The notes under the pieces were generated by a model, which was not told the DNA's origin, made no database searches, and saw nothing but the letters and a program-made list of their open reading frames with translations. This document shows positions 20,718-39,558 of a DNA stretch of 64,000 nucleotides, piece after piece. The position numbers and the translations under genes were made by a program. The DNA comes from the human T2T-CHM13v2.0 reference genome, Homo sapiens. Every line of letters starts with the position of its first letter. The first letter of the stretch is position 1. The stretch lies in assembly GCF_009914755.1 (NCBI RefSeq), contig NC_060932.1. One strand, written 5' to 3'.

Positions 20718-21018
20718 TTTTTTTTGTTGTTTTTTTTGAGACGGAGTCTCGCTCTGTCGCCCAGGCTGGAGTGCAGTGGCGCGATCTCGGCTCACTGCAA
20801 GCTCCGCCTCCTGGGTTCACGCCATTCTCCTGACTCAGCCTCCTGAGGAGCTGGGACTACAGGTACCCGCCACCAGGCCCGGCTAATTTTTTGTATTTTT
20901 AGTAGAGACGGGTTTTCACCATGTTAGCCAGGATGGTCTCGATCTCCTGACCTCGTGATCTGCCCGTCTCAGCCTCCCAAAGTGCTGGGATTACAGGCGT
21001 GAGCCACCGCGCCCGGCC
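20718..21018 (-). mobile_element. AluY
   Basis: Diagnostic segments CACTGCAAGCTCCGCCTCC, TTCACGCCATTCTCC and TTAGCCAGGATGGTCTCGATCTCCTGACCTCGTGA; many CpGs are retained. Confidence 0.95.
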
Positions 21019-21620
21019 ATGGAGCCTGTTTAAAAGCCCAGGCATTTGAACCCCACAGGATTGTGGTGGTGGCTTCAGGCGCTGGCCTAGGAAGTGCACC
21101 CAGTGGCATCCCACACACCAGTCTGATGCCACATCTGTTCTCTTACCAACCACTGGCACCTGCATCCCTTATGCCAACAGTGCCGTGCCACTATGTTCAC
21201 CCATTTTCTGTAATTATGTGGCAAATACGTTCCCTTCATCTGGAACTCTGAAGCCACTTAAGATGCAACACAGATTCCCGGTGGGCTACTAAACAGACTG
21301 CCCAGTGTAGACTCCATAATGAGTGTGGTTTCCAACAATTTTTGCATGGATTCTGAAAAATCACTATGTATTGAAAATTTATGTTCATAAGTCATTTTTC
21401 ATGAACACTGATAGTTCAGCAATAACTGATTTTCACAAAGTAGATGCAGGGTTTTCAGTCACTAAATGAATTCAACAAAATGTTTACTGTGCAATACAAA
21501 GGTGATGCACGCTAATATTCTCAGAGAAATTATAGGAAACTGAGTAGCTTGAATTTGGACCAAAAATGTCAGAAAAAAGGTATTCAAGTGGAAAAAAATC
21601 CAGTGAACTCTAATAGATGG

Positions 21621-21626
21621 TTTATT
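21621..21626 (-). terminator. Distal polyadenylation signal AATAAA of LRATD2
   Basis: TTTATT on the + strand. On the minus strand it is followed ~25-50 nt later by T-rich tracts (TTTTTTTCC, CCTTTTTTTCTG), as expected for a downstream element. Confidence 0.7.
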
Positions 21627-23131
21627 GGAAACGCTCATAGCATCTTTTGAAAAGAACTTGACAGGTTTTATTTTAATAAGACATAGTGAAGAGGAAATGG
21701 CTTAAAAGATATCATCAATCTTTTATTTAACTAAGCACTGCCCTTCATTTTGAAGGAAATGATACAATTTCAAATCGGAACTTCCTTCTCAAGAAGTGAT
21801 ATAAGAATGTAACATTGATTTAACATACAACCTTCAACAAAAATAAAGTTTATACAACTCACTGGGAAATAAAATGCATGTGGAATTTATCCTGTTTGTC
21901 AACATAATTCTTCATGAGTCACAAGTATTATAGCCAAGAACAAAACAACAAAAAGCTGAATCAGTTGATAGTTACTCTGATTTAAAAAACATTTCACAAA
22001 TAAGATGTAGCTTTCCAAACAAATCCATTCGATGACCATTATCACAACTATATTTTATTCTAATTTATAAAACAAAAAATGGTTAGACAAGCACATGATG
22101 TCAAGAGTCTTCAACACAGTGGATTCCATTTTATTAAGAAAAAAAATAGAAAACAAGTAGTCCTTAAATTGTCTTAGCTCTCCATAGCATACGTTATATA
22201 AAATTAAAGTTTTGCTTCCAAAAATATGTTTCCATGTGGTCGTGGTGTTGTCCAGTGCTATTAGGGCCAAAGCACCAAAGACATGAGAAGTTTAACCATC
22301 GACTTGTCATTTTTCATAAAAACTAAACATTTCCTTATAGGTCTGGAGTAAAATCTTCTAGGCATTTTAGTGCTAAAAGTCACTTTAAATTAAATGTGAA
22401 ATAAAAGCTACAAAAAGTATGAGTTCTTTCAATACAAAAAGTTGTGTAGCTGAAGTTGTGGGCTCCTTTGACATACATAAGCAGTTTCAATAAAATATTT
22501 GCTCAGGTAAGAAAATAGAAATTTGTCTGCTTTCATTTAGCATACGTTCCAGTCGATGTCCTGCTTATCCCTGCCAGAACTTCTGAAGAACATTAGAATC
22601 GATATTTCTTTCCTTCAAAGAGCATCCGTAATTCACAGTACAAAACAGTTCTACAGTCTTATTCCTAAGGAGAAACAAAAATTATTAAATATGTTTATTT
22701 TTTCTAAAGTGTCAAATGTAGCCACTGCCAGGGCATTAAAAACTCACTTATCCACAACACTGCCGTCTTCAGGAAAGAACCAAGAGTTGATTCATTCCCC
22801 TTTCCTGGAGCTGTTACTAGTTGGTTGTTGCTTTAAGTGTAATAACCCTAAGAAAATTCCCAATAAAAATCACTGTTCTTAAGTGTCACATATTTCACAC
22901 CTCTGGTACCCTGTAGAAACGCTTGTATTACATGGGAAAGCAGCATCTGAAAAGATCTATTTCCTATTCTAGTTCATTTCCAAGCCCTGTTATTGAAAAC
23001 CTCTTCTCTAGAAGAGAGAGTCACTGCTCTCTCTTAACACAGTCGCTGCTATACTTCAGCGTGACTGACCATACATCATTTTCCATTCTGGGACAGAGGA
23101 AGAAGACGGGTGGGGGAGTTGATCTGGCTAG

Positions 23132-23537
<406 letters not shown>

Positions 23538-25617
23538 TAAATGTCTTAACCCATGTTTATCTTGTTCTGCTATTCCATGAGCAAAGAGAATAAACACAAA
23601 GCTGTGAGAGTATTAAATATGGACACTAGATTTACATTTCCAACAAGAAATTCATCTCCCTCCAAAGTCCCAGACCAGGGCTAGAATGTGGTTCATTTTT
23701 AACAATCAAAGTGGCAAGATCTGTTTGGTGATCACTGTAAAAACAGGAAACATAGCTAATGCCCTTTCATGTTGAGGTGCTACAAAGGTCCAAGCTTTTA
23801 AAGACTATGGCCTCAACGTCCATGTGTGAAACAAGTGTATTAGAAAATTCTTTAAGTCTTGTTGCCTTAACTTAGAGATCTCCAGGCAACAGGCCTGACG
23901 ATAGCCATGGCTGTACCACTTAACTATGATTCTATTCCAACTGTTCAGAATCATATCACAAAATGACTTGTACACAGTAGTTTACAACGACTCCCAAGAG
24001 AGGAAAAAAAAAAAAAGACGCCTCAAAATTCACTCAACTTTTGAGACAGCAATGGCAATAGGCAGCAGAGAAGCTATGCTGCAACTGAGGGCACATATCA
24101 TTGAAGATGTCACAGGAGTTTAAGAGACAGGCTGGAAAAAATCTCATACTAAGCAAACAGTAGTATCTCATACCAAGCAAAACCAAGTAGTATCTGCTCA
24201 GCCTGCCGCTAACAGATCTCACAATCACCAACTGTGCTTTAGGACTGTCACCAAAGTCAGATTCGGTGCTAACCAGGTGGCATCTATGATCAACGTCGCC
24301 CCTCTTATTTAACAAAGGGCTCTGAAGGAGGTGTTCTCCAAGCAACAAGGAGACTGCTTCAGTACAAGACTTTGCACCTTGAATTCAATTGCATCAAGTG
24401 TGGATAGCAAAATAAGTATCTTACCATTGAAATATGTGTTCAGCCTAAGATTTTACCCACCAGCAGAACAAAAGTGAGGGTGAGAGGGATGGGCCAGTGA
24501 GGGGATGGGGGAGAAAAAAAAATCACAGGATTACCACCAAAGCCTTGTTTTAAAAGGGCTCCCTTCACTATTCAGGAAGGGAAGTGGAAGGAGAAATTAA
24601 CCAATTCCTGCCACAGCAGCCCTTTTTGGCTGCTTCCACAATAGATACTTTATGGAGTGGCACAGCCAACCCTATCTGTGACCTGCCCTGCGGATAAACA
24701 CAGCCAAGCAGGTTTAATTAGATCAAAGACACAAAGGGCTATTCCCTCCTTTCATAACAACGCAGCTGTAAGTGCCTACAACAGCAGGGGAGAAACAAAG
24801 GCAGCAGAACAGAACCTTAATTGAAACCTTCCCCTGGCTGGCCCTTGACAATGATTTACTTGTAACCTAGGAAGGGGCGGGTGGAGCAGGAGGTAGCAGG
24901 AGCCTCAGCTAAGAGCCAGCTCCAGAAGGCTAATTACTTGGGGGTTGTGGAGGAGGGAGGTAGCAAAGTCTTTGTTTGTAGCCCGAGTTTGCTTAACTAT
25001 TTGTTACACTTAATAGGAGGCTGCTGTGGTTTTGGTCTGCTGCTCCCGGACCTTGTCATGGATTCACCAGCCCTGCGCTCCAGGAATCCCATAAAATAAA
25101 TCACCCCAGCCTCCTGGATCCCATACACAGCTCAGCTCCGCCAAAGCAGACAAGCAGCTTTCGTGCTGGTCCCGCAGTGGCGACTCCACAAACCCACTCT
25201 GGCCTTTCTACCAGGATTCTTCCAAGCCCAGGATAGGAAGCAACGGCAGGAATGGGTACTCCGAACTTTCCCCCAACCCCACGTGCTTAAGAATGGCCGA
25301 TTATAAACCCAGATCTACCAAGGTTTAAGTGCCAGGCAAGTCCACAGTTTGCTCCACCGCGGAGAGGAAGACAGACAGGGGGCCAGAGGGAGACGCCCCC
25401 CACCCCCAACTAAAGTGTTTCCTACCTGCTCCCTCTGTCCCCTTCCTCCTCCCCCGTCCACAGCCGGCTGCGCATTTCACCAACTCTTTTCCAAAGGGCC
25501 CAGGAATCCCAGATGGGGCCCAGACAGTGGCAAAAGAGGGAGGAAGAGAGGGAGAAAGGGAGCAGCGGCTGCTACTGCAAACAGTTCCCCTTCGCAGCTC
25601 TGCGCTCAGCTCGCCCA

Positions 25618-26568
<951 letters not shown>

Positions 26569-26646
26569 TCACACCGCCGCAAGGGGAGAAAGCGAAACCA
26601 ACTCCAGGGTCATTTGCACAGGTCCCCGGACAGGGGCTGAGGCTAC

Positions 26647-27194
26647 CTGTTGGGAGAGGAAGGCAAGAAAGCCATGCAGGAGCCCCTCCGTGAAAAGGGC
26701 GTTTTGTTCCGAAAAAGAATCGGTGGGGGCTCAGCACCTGGAGCCATTTTAGGGGGAAGTCTCGGGTGTAGCGAGCTTTCCCTCGTTTCTCCACCTGTAA
26801 GGTCACGGTCACAGGAGACTGGGCAACTCCTGTTCTCCCTGTCCCCAGCCCTTCGCCTGGCCCTGGCAAAAGCCCATTGCATCAGCAGCTTCTACTGCTT
26901 CCGCCTGCGCCCTACCTGCCAAGCTTGGGCAGGAAGAGGGAAGGAAAGAGAAACTTTACGCCAATCCCCCCCCTCCTCTGCTAACTTCCCCTCCCACCCT
27001 CGGGCCCTAACTAGCCCCGGGGACGCCTCCTCCCCACCAACGCATCCATCCCCAGAGGAACAAGCGAGGATCTCAGAGCGCGACCTGGACAGGTGAGTCA
27101 CCCTACCTGGCTCACCTGCAGCGCTACCTCCTCCCGGCTCGCCCGCCCTTCCCCCGCGCCCGCCCTCAGGCTCGGGTTACCTGCACAAACTCAC
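26647..27194 (-). other. LRATD2: LRATD2 intron 1 (5'UTR intron), best-guess boundaries
   Basis: Donor CGG|GTGAGT at 27194 and acceptor TTTCTTGCCTTCCTCTCCCAACAG|G at 26647. Alternative sites exist (see findings). Confidence 0.65.
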
Positions 27195-27640
27195 CCGCGG
27201 AGAGGTGAAGGCCGTGGGGCCTGGGGAAGGGCTCCCTGCCGCGCCCCGAGACTTCTAGGGCGAGTTTGAAGGTGTAGGCTCGGCAGTCCCTCCTCTCCCG
27301 GCGCGGGCGGCAGCGAGGCTGGGCAGAGGGCAGCGCAGCGGGCAGACTAGGGGCATGTCTTTCCCCCGCGGCTGCGTAGCGCCCCGATACTTGAAGGCGG
27401 GGGGCAATCCCTGTTCACACCGCGCTTCCTCCCGCCAGCTGGGGCTGCTGCCCCTCCTCAGCCAGCTCTCGGGGGAGGTGGGGCGCGAGGAGGAGAGGAC
27501 GGCAGCCTCGCAGCCTGGCGGCAACAGCTCCCGCTTGGGCCGGGCGAGCAACAAGCACCGGAGCTGGAGGGACGGGATTGTAGATCCGGCTCCGGGCTCC
27601 CGGACGGGAGCGCAGCCCGTGGCATTTAAAGAGACAGGCG
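27195..27640 (-). other. LRATD2: LRATD2 non-coding exon 1 (TSS position uncertain)
   Basis: GC-rich segment between the GC-box cluster and the splice donor. Confidence 0.55.
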
Positions 27641-27795
27641 CTCACTCCCCGAGCTCGGGTCTTTTTCACATTGCGCCGAGCGGCCGGGAGCCCCGCCCCC
27701 GCCCCGCCCACTCGGGCCTCGGGACTCCGCCCGGCCACGCCCCCGCGCCGGAGCGGGTTTAAATCCCCCTGTAAATAATCCACCCGCCGCCTGGG
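27620..27795 (-). promoter_or_regulatory. LRATD2 core promoter with Sp/KLF GC boxes
   Basis: CCCCGCCCCCGCCCCGCCCA at 27691-27710, further CCGCCC and CCACGCCCCC at ~27727-27744, and TTTAAA at ~27625 and ~27758. Confidence 0.7.
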
Positions 27796-29679
27796 GCTGG
27801 TGCTGTGAGCTCTGCTTGCCTTCCGAGACAAGTTAGAAGGCAAACACAACTTGCCAGTGTGGAAATGAGAAAGGGAAGGAGAGTTTGGTGTTTGCGCCTT
27901 TTCCCTTTGACCTGTTTTTTCCCAGAGTACCTGGAGAAGGAGGAACAGTCGTTTCTTTTCTTTCCTGGAACATATTTCTTGCCCTAAAGGTCACAAGAAA
28001 GGATTCTTCACCAGGACAGCTCGAAGAGTGCGTCATCCTAGAGGTGTTTTCAGAGTTAGTAGTGGGAAACTTTGGGGTAGAAAAGAAAATCGCAGAAAAG
28101 AAACAGTATAAAACAGAACGAAGACTTATTCACTGACTGGGTCCCAAGACCACCGCTCTGTTTATTAGATACCCCTGGAAGTTAGTACAAAGTTCATAAC
28201 CTCCGTTATTTCCAGAGAGGTACCAGTTCGTTGGATAGTGAGAGAAGCGTGCAGCTCTGACTGCTTTTTTTTGGGGGGGTGGGGGGTTAGGGGATGTAGG
28301 AATTGCCTAATTCCTACATCCTAATTCTAATTGTCCTTAAATTAGAAACAAATTAGCAGAGGCCCTAGTGGATATATTTCCTTCCTGTTGACTTAGGGAA
28401 GTGACAGGAGACCAGTAATGCCTACTAACCTCCACCACAAAAGGACACTTCCACCTCTCCACTGGTTTCGTTTCTTTTACCTAAATGTAGGCTACCAAAG
28501 TGTTTTTTTTGTTGTTGTTGTTGTTTATTTTTTTAAAATAATGGGTCCGGTGAGGGTGGAGGATTAACAGCTCTGTTTACAATAAACAAGTTTAGGCACT
28601 ACTGCAAGCACCCAGACTTATTCGTAGGGGACTTAAGAATGCGATTCAAGACCTATATTCTGTCTTCAGTTGCTTTCTTTTGACTAATTTTTTCCAGCAT
28701 GTATAACCAGCCAGTGGAAACAGGAATATACTAGCACTACTGTGATCCTTTCTAGTTTAGGAGAAAAAAATAAAAATCATTCTACTTATGTAATTTTGAG
28801 TCCAAACAATCAATATTGGCAGGGCTGTGATAGAAATTAGTCCTTCAGCAAGTCTGAAGTATAAGTTAGATCAACATGAGACTACTGTGTGCTGTGCGAT
28901 TCTGTTTCAATAATTTCAGACTGGCTGGCCTCAGGCGCATGTGACTGAATGAATCCAACACACCCCAGTCCTTTTGATAGCAAATGGTGTGGGGGGCTGC
29001 TGTTACCTGAGTGATATTTGTTGCCATCATATGATCACCATATTATAGACAAGAGTTAGGCTTATAGAGATTATGGCTGGTCATCCTATGTTCATCAGAT
29101 TGGGAGACCTCTGCTACTGCCTGATTTGGGAGGCCACTTTGCTCCTAGGTGCTACTGGGATGGCTGGGAATGGGAGAATTGAACTGAGAGGACACAGTTG
29201 TAGGACAATTTGCTACCAGCACTCTAGGTCAGAGATCTGGTGGGTGAGGAAGCAATGCCTAGCTGACTAGGTGTGTCTCCTTTTGTCTTGATGAGCTGTT
29301 CTCAGGTGCACAATAGTGGCTCAACAACATATCTTGAACTGACCAACTATAAAGCCTCAGAGGGAACAAGCCCTGATCCATTTTATATCTGAATGCCTGG
29401 CACTGAGTGGGTACTCAATAAATGCTTGATGGATGCCTTAGGGGAAAATTTGGCCACAGGTCAAGAATTGCTTCCTGGTTTTATGGGGCTGTGAGTGAGT
29501 GAGTGAAGAAATGTTGCCTTTTGATAGCTGGCGTCTAGTGTAGATTCTTCCATGAATGCCTGTTGAGGGTTCAACATCCGTCTTGTCACCTGGAACATTT
29601 GGTCAGAGATTACAACATGGCTCTCAGACATGCTTTGCTCATTTCAAATAGTTGTTTAATAAATTTAAGCTTGTTGTCA

Positions 29680-30126
<447 letters not shown>

Positions 30127-30698
30127 CTATATTCTCCAGTTGGATCCAGTCCCTGTCCCCCACACCTCACGTACCTAGGTCCCTTGCCTGGTCCAGGAAG
30201 CTCTCTGTTGGCCACCTTTGCCATCCAATACCTGTACTACACATTTTATTACCTGAATATGTGTAACTCAGCACTTGATCATATACTATCTGGTATTATT
30301 CTCTAATTCATGTATTAAAGTTCATATTCTAATTAATATATTTATTCATGTCTTTTCTAAAGAGGACTTGGTTCAAAATACATTTCATGAAGACATACTG
30401 GGTGCCTGCTAGTCTTAATCACTGTGCATCCAATTCTACAATGGGCACTGTGCTAGGTTTCTTAGATGTTCGTGTCCCCAGGTAGTCACCATATTGGAGG
30501 AGACAGAGAAATAAATAGACTCTTTGGGACACTGTGACATGTCCTGTAATAAGACATAGAGGATGCTGGGGCGGTAAGGTGATGTTTCAAGGCATGGTGG
30601 ATACAGAGATTAATGACCAAGTGCCTGCCAACAGGGTCTTGGGCTCATCGGGGAAACACAACTCTAAAATTAATAACTCCCATGGAGTGAGCTCTTGA

Positions 30699-35080
<4,382 letters not shown>

Positions 35081-35590
35081 TAAGCCTTGACTCAGATATT
35101 AGCACCTTGGTGAGTCTTCCCTGAAACCCCTATTTAAAATTCTAAGTGTTCTCACATATATGCTCCTTATCCCCTTTCCTGCTCTGTTATCTATCACTTA
35201 TTCTACTCCCTTATCACCTTTTAGTATTCTGTATAATTTGCTAAATTATTTTTGTTTATTGTCTCTCCTAGTTAGACTATAAGCTGTATGAAGTCAGAGA
35301 TTTTGTTCGTTCACTGGAGGCATCCTTAGCTCCTAGCACAGTGGTTGACACGTGCTAGGCTCAATAAGCTATGGTTAAATGAATAAATAAAAGGGCTTTT
35401 TATGAGCCACCTCTATTTGTGCTCACAACAGTCTTAATGGTATAGAATTATTCTTAATTTACAGATGAGAAAATTAATTCTAAATTACTAAATGCCTATG
35501 ATGTGTCAGGCACTGTAGACTAGGCAGTTGAATTTCAGAGAGGTTAAGAAATTGGGCCCAGGAAACACAGCCAAGTTCACCAAGAAATAA

Positions 35591-35930
35591 CAGCTCTGTA
35601 GCTCAACATGGCAGCCGCTGGTCACATGTGGCTATTGAGCATCTGCAATGTAACTAGTCTGAACTGAAGTATGTCATAAATGCAAAATGTATACCAACTT
35701 CCAAGACAATACAAAAAAGTAAAATACCTTACTAATTTTAAAATATTGATTACATGTTGAAATGACAAATTTTGAATTTATTTGGTTAAGTGGAATATGT
35801 TATTAAAATTAAATCACTTGGTTTTTTTTTTTTTCCACTTTTTAAAAATGTGGCCACTATAAAAATTTAGATTATGTATGTGGTTTGCATTTGGGCTTGG
35901 CGTTATATTTTTAATGGGCAGCCCACTTCT
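35591..35930. mobile_element. hAT-Charlie fossil (MER3/MER33-like)
   Basis: GGTCACATGTGGCTATTGAGCA...AATGTGGCCACTATAAAATTTAGATTATG. Confidence 0.7.
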
Positions 35931-36827
35931 AGCAATTTCCATTCCACCATGCATATCTATCTTCAAAAATATTATCTGTTTGGCTCTTGAGGGCAAGGAT
36001 GCCGTGACCTTGTCTTTTCTGTAAGAATAAGATCAAAGATACATAGAATACATCAGTAACTCTCAAAGGCATTAACATGCCTATCTTAGTTTGTGCTGTG
36101 ATAACATAGTGCAATAGACTGGGTGGCTTATAAATAAGAGAAATTTAGTTCTCACAATTCTGGAAACTGCAAATCTGAGATCAAGGTGCCAGCATGGTTA
36201 GATTCTAATGAGTTGCAGACTGCCATCTTCTGGTTGCATCCTGTCATGGCAGAGAGAGGGCAAGAGAGCTCTCTGGGGTCCCTTTCATAAAGGCACTTAT
36301 CCCACTCCTGGGAGCTCCACCATCATGACCTACTAACCTCCCAGAGGCCTCACCTCCTAATACCAATGAGGCAGGATAGGTAGTCAATGTTCTCCAGACG
36401 CAGCAACTGTGGTGACCCTACAGTCAACACAATAAGCCTCAGCATTCACATTGTAATTGGGCACATTCTAGCAATGCTATCTTCCCGTAGGAACTTTCCC
36501 TTCTAGATAGCCTGTGCATTTTGATTTTACCTGTCCTCAAACTGACCCTTTGCTCATTATAATAGTAAAAACACCCCCTTGGGTGGAGATTTAAGATGTT
36601 AACGAGACATGCGGTATAGAAGCAAGCATGAACAACTATTGCACATGAGCACCCAGAAGACCATCCACAACATGCTTACTAGTAACACCTCTTTCCATCT
36701 CTTTATAATCGTGTAAGACTCCCATAAAGGGAGTCTCCCTAGTGCCAGTCTTTGCTGTCTCATACTTACAATCAGCCCACTCTGAATCCTCTATCTTTCA
36801 GGGTGCACTATCTATTCTGCACTTAAC

Positions 36828-37037
36828 TTCCTTCCTTCCTTCCTTCCTTCCTTCCTTCCTTCCTTCCTTCCTTCCTTCCTTCTTTCCTTCCCTCCCTCCC
36901 TCCCTCTCTCTCTTTCTTGTTCCCTTTCTTTCTTTCTTTCTCTTTCTCTCTCTCTCTCTTTCCTTCCTTCCTTCCTTCCTTCCTTCCTTCCTTCCTTCTT
37001 TCTTTCTTTCTTTCCTTCTTTCCTTTCTTTTTTTTTT
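36828..37037. repeat. Compound (TTCC)n/(TC)n/(TTTC)n polypyrimidine tract
   Basis: About 210 bp of pyrimidines with a single G. Confidence 0.97.
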
Positions 37038-37328
37038 GAGACAGAGTTTCACTCTCATTGCCCAGGCTGAAGTGCAGTGGTGCAACGGCATGGTCTTGGC
37101 TCACTGCAACCTCCGCTTCCCAGGTTCAAGCAATTTTCCTGCCTCAGCCTCCCAAGTAGCTGGGATTACAGGTGCCCGCCCCCATGCCCAGCTAATTTTT
37201 GTATTTTCAGTAGAGCCAGGGTTTCACCATGTTGGCCAGGCTGGTCATGAACTCCTGACCTCAGGTGATCTGCCCTCCTCGGCCTCCCAAAGTACTGGGA
37301 TTGCAGGCATGAGCCACCGTGCCCGGCC
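36830..37328 (-). mobile_element. AluS whose tail has become a compound microsatellite
   Basis: TSD TCTGCACTTAACTT (36816-36829, 37329-37342) brackets both the Alu body and the repeat tract. Confidence 0.93.
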
Positions 37329-37436
37329 TCTGCACTTAACTTTCAAAATATTCTTTTGCAATACATTACTCTGTGCTGCACCTCCTTTGCTGTGTGTCTC
37401 TTATTTAAATTATTTTACACTAAGAAGAAAAGAACC

Positions 37437-37745
37437 AGCCAGGTACAGTGGCTCAGGCCTGTAATCCCAGCACTTTGGGAGGCTGGCCGGGGGAGTGGAT
37501 CACCTGAGGTCTGCAACCAGCCTAGCCAACATGGTGAAACCCCGTTTCTACTAAAGATACAAAAATTAGCCAGCCGTGGTGGCATGCGCCTGTAATCCCA
37601 GATACTCAGGAGGCTGAGGCAGGAGAATTGTTTGAACCCTAGTGGCAGGGTGGGGCGGGTGTGGGACAGCTGTGGAGATTTCAGTGAGCTCAGCCAAGAT
37701 CGCGCCCCTTCACTCTAACCTGGGCAAAAGAGCAAAACTCCATCT

Positions 37746-37801
<56 letters not shown>

Positions 37802-37820
37802 GAAAAAAGAAGAAGAAGAA
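37437..37820 (+). mobile_element. AluS with a G-rich internal insertion and a long A/GAAAA tail
   Basis: TSD AAGAAGA(A/C)AAGAAC. Confidence 0.9.
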
Positions 37821-37940
37821 GAAGACAAGAACTGAGGTATCAGATCAGCTGTCCACAGCAACACATTGGAGGTTAGAATTTCAACATGTGAATTTCAAGG
37901 GGACACAAACGTTCTGTCCATAACAATATCTAAAGAATGA

Positions 37941-38252
<312 letters not shown>

Positions 38253-39321
38253 TGATGCACCTGCCTCGGCCTCCCAAAGTGCTAGTAATCAGTAGCACTT
38301 TACTTGTGTTAATCAGTAAACTGGCAGTCTGGTTTTATGTATCTGATTCTGTGGGCTGGGTACATGTGACTCTCTACTTTCCATGAGTTGACAGCTGGGT
38401 TTTTGAGCCTGGGAGCTTGAGGATTACACCTCAGATGATAGAGAATTCACAAATTCTAATAAATAGAAGCAGCTAACATTTGTTGAATGCTTAGTGTATC
38501 CAGTACCTTTCTAAGAGCTTTATATGCATTCATTCATGTAACCCTCACCTGCGAGGTAGGCATTATGATCATTATCCTCATTTCACAGATGAGAAAACAG
38601 AGGCATAAGAAGCTTAAGCATCTTGCCCATGGCCACGCAGCTAGTGATTTGCAGAGCCAAGAGTTAGACTCAGGCAGTGCCATGGAGTGGGCGTAACCCC
38701 GGCCACCTATCCGGCCTAGACGTTGACCACGATGGCTGAGTTTCTTTGTCTTCATATTCCACATGCCTCTTTGACCCATCAGTGGATGATGAAGCCGTCA
38801 CCTTGCAGCTCCACATCCATTCATGAGCCTGACTCTTCACCATCCTTCCAGCCTCATCCCTTGCCAGCCTCCCAGTTGCCCACTGATCCACACCAGTCCT
38901 TGGCTTCCTGCCTATACCAAGCTCATGATAACCTCAGCCTGTGACATGACCATCCCCTGGACCTGGCATGCTCTTCATCTCTCTCTTCTCAAAGCTAAAT
39001 ATTTTGTGTTCTTTATGCTTCAAATTAAGTTCATGAAGGGGCCTTTGCTAACTAGCTGGTTGCCCCACTCAGCCGTTTTTGTCTGCTGCATAACACTGAT
39101 CACAAGGGTGATTTCGTTTGCTCATTTGGTCGTCATTGCCTGTCTCACTACGAGCCTAGGCTTTATTGTGCCAATATAACTCCCCCGTTCTCCAGTGCAG
39201 TGGCCTCCTTATGGTACATGCCTAACAATTACCTCTGGAGTAACTGGATCTCTCTTTGGAGGAGTCTGAAATTCATATTCTGGAGGAGGGGAGTTAAGAG
39301 CACCACTCCTTCAAAGAGTGA

Positions 39322-39558
<237 letters not shown>

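Larger units (their letters stand above)
36367..37857 (+). mobile_element. ERV1/MER4-group solo LTR (MER66-like, tentative) interrupted by two Alus
   Basis: Runs TGAGGCAGGATAGG...GTCCACA with TSD CCAA/GCAA. Removing it restores the MLT1 sequence TACCAACACATTGG. Confidence 0.65.
36078..37925 (-). mobile_element. MLT1A-like MaLR LTR split in two (36078-36366 and 37858-37925)
   Basis: Contains the typical MLT1 motifs GACTGGGTGGCTTATAAA...TCTCACAATTCTGGA...TTTCAACATGTGAATTT. Confidence 0.75.

Noticed and set aside
20899-21251. ORFs just past the LRATD2 3' end as a possible retrogene
   Set aside because: Partly AluY-derived, with no recognisable protein, poly(A) tail or TSD.
36742-37464. 240 aa ORF and the two Lys/Glu/Arg-rich antisense ORFs
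   Set aside because: They are translations of a stop-free (TTCC)n tract plus an antisense Alu.
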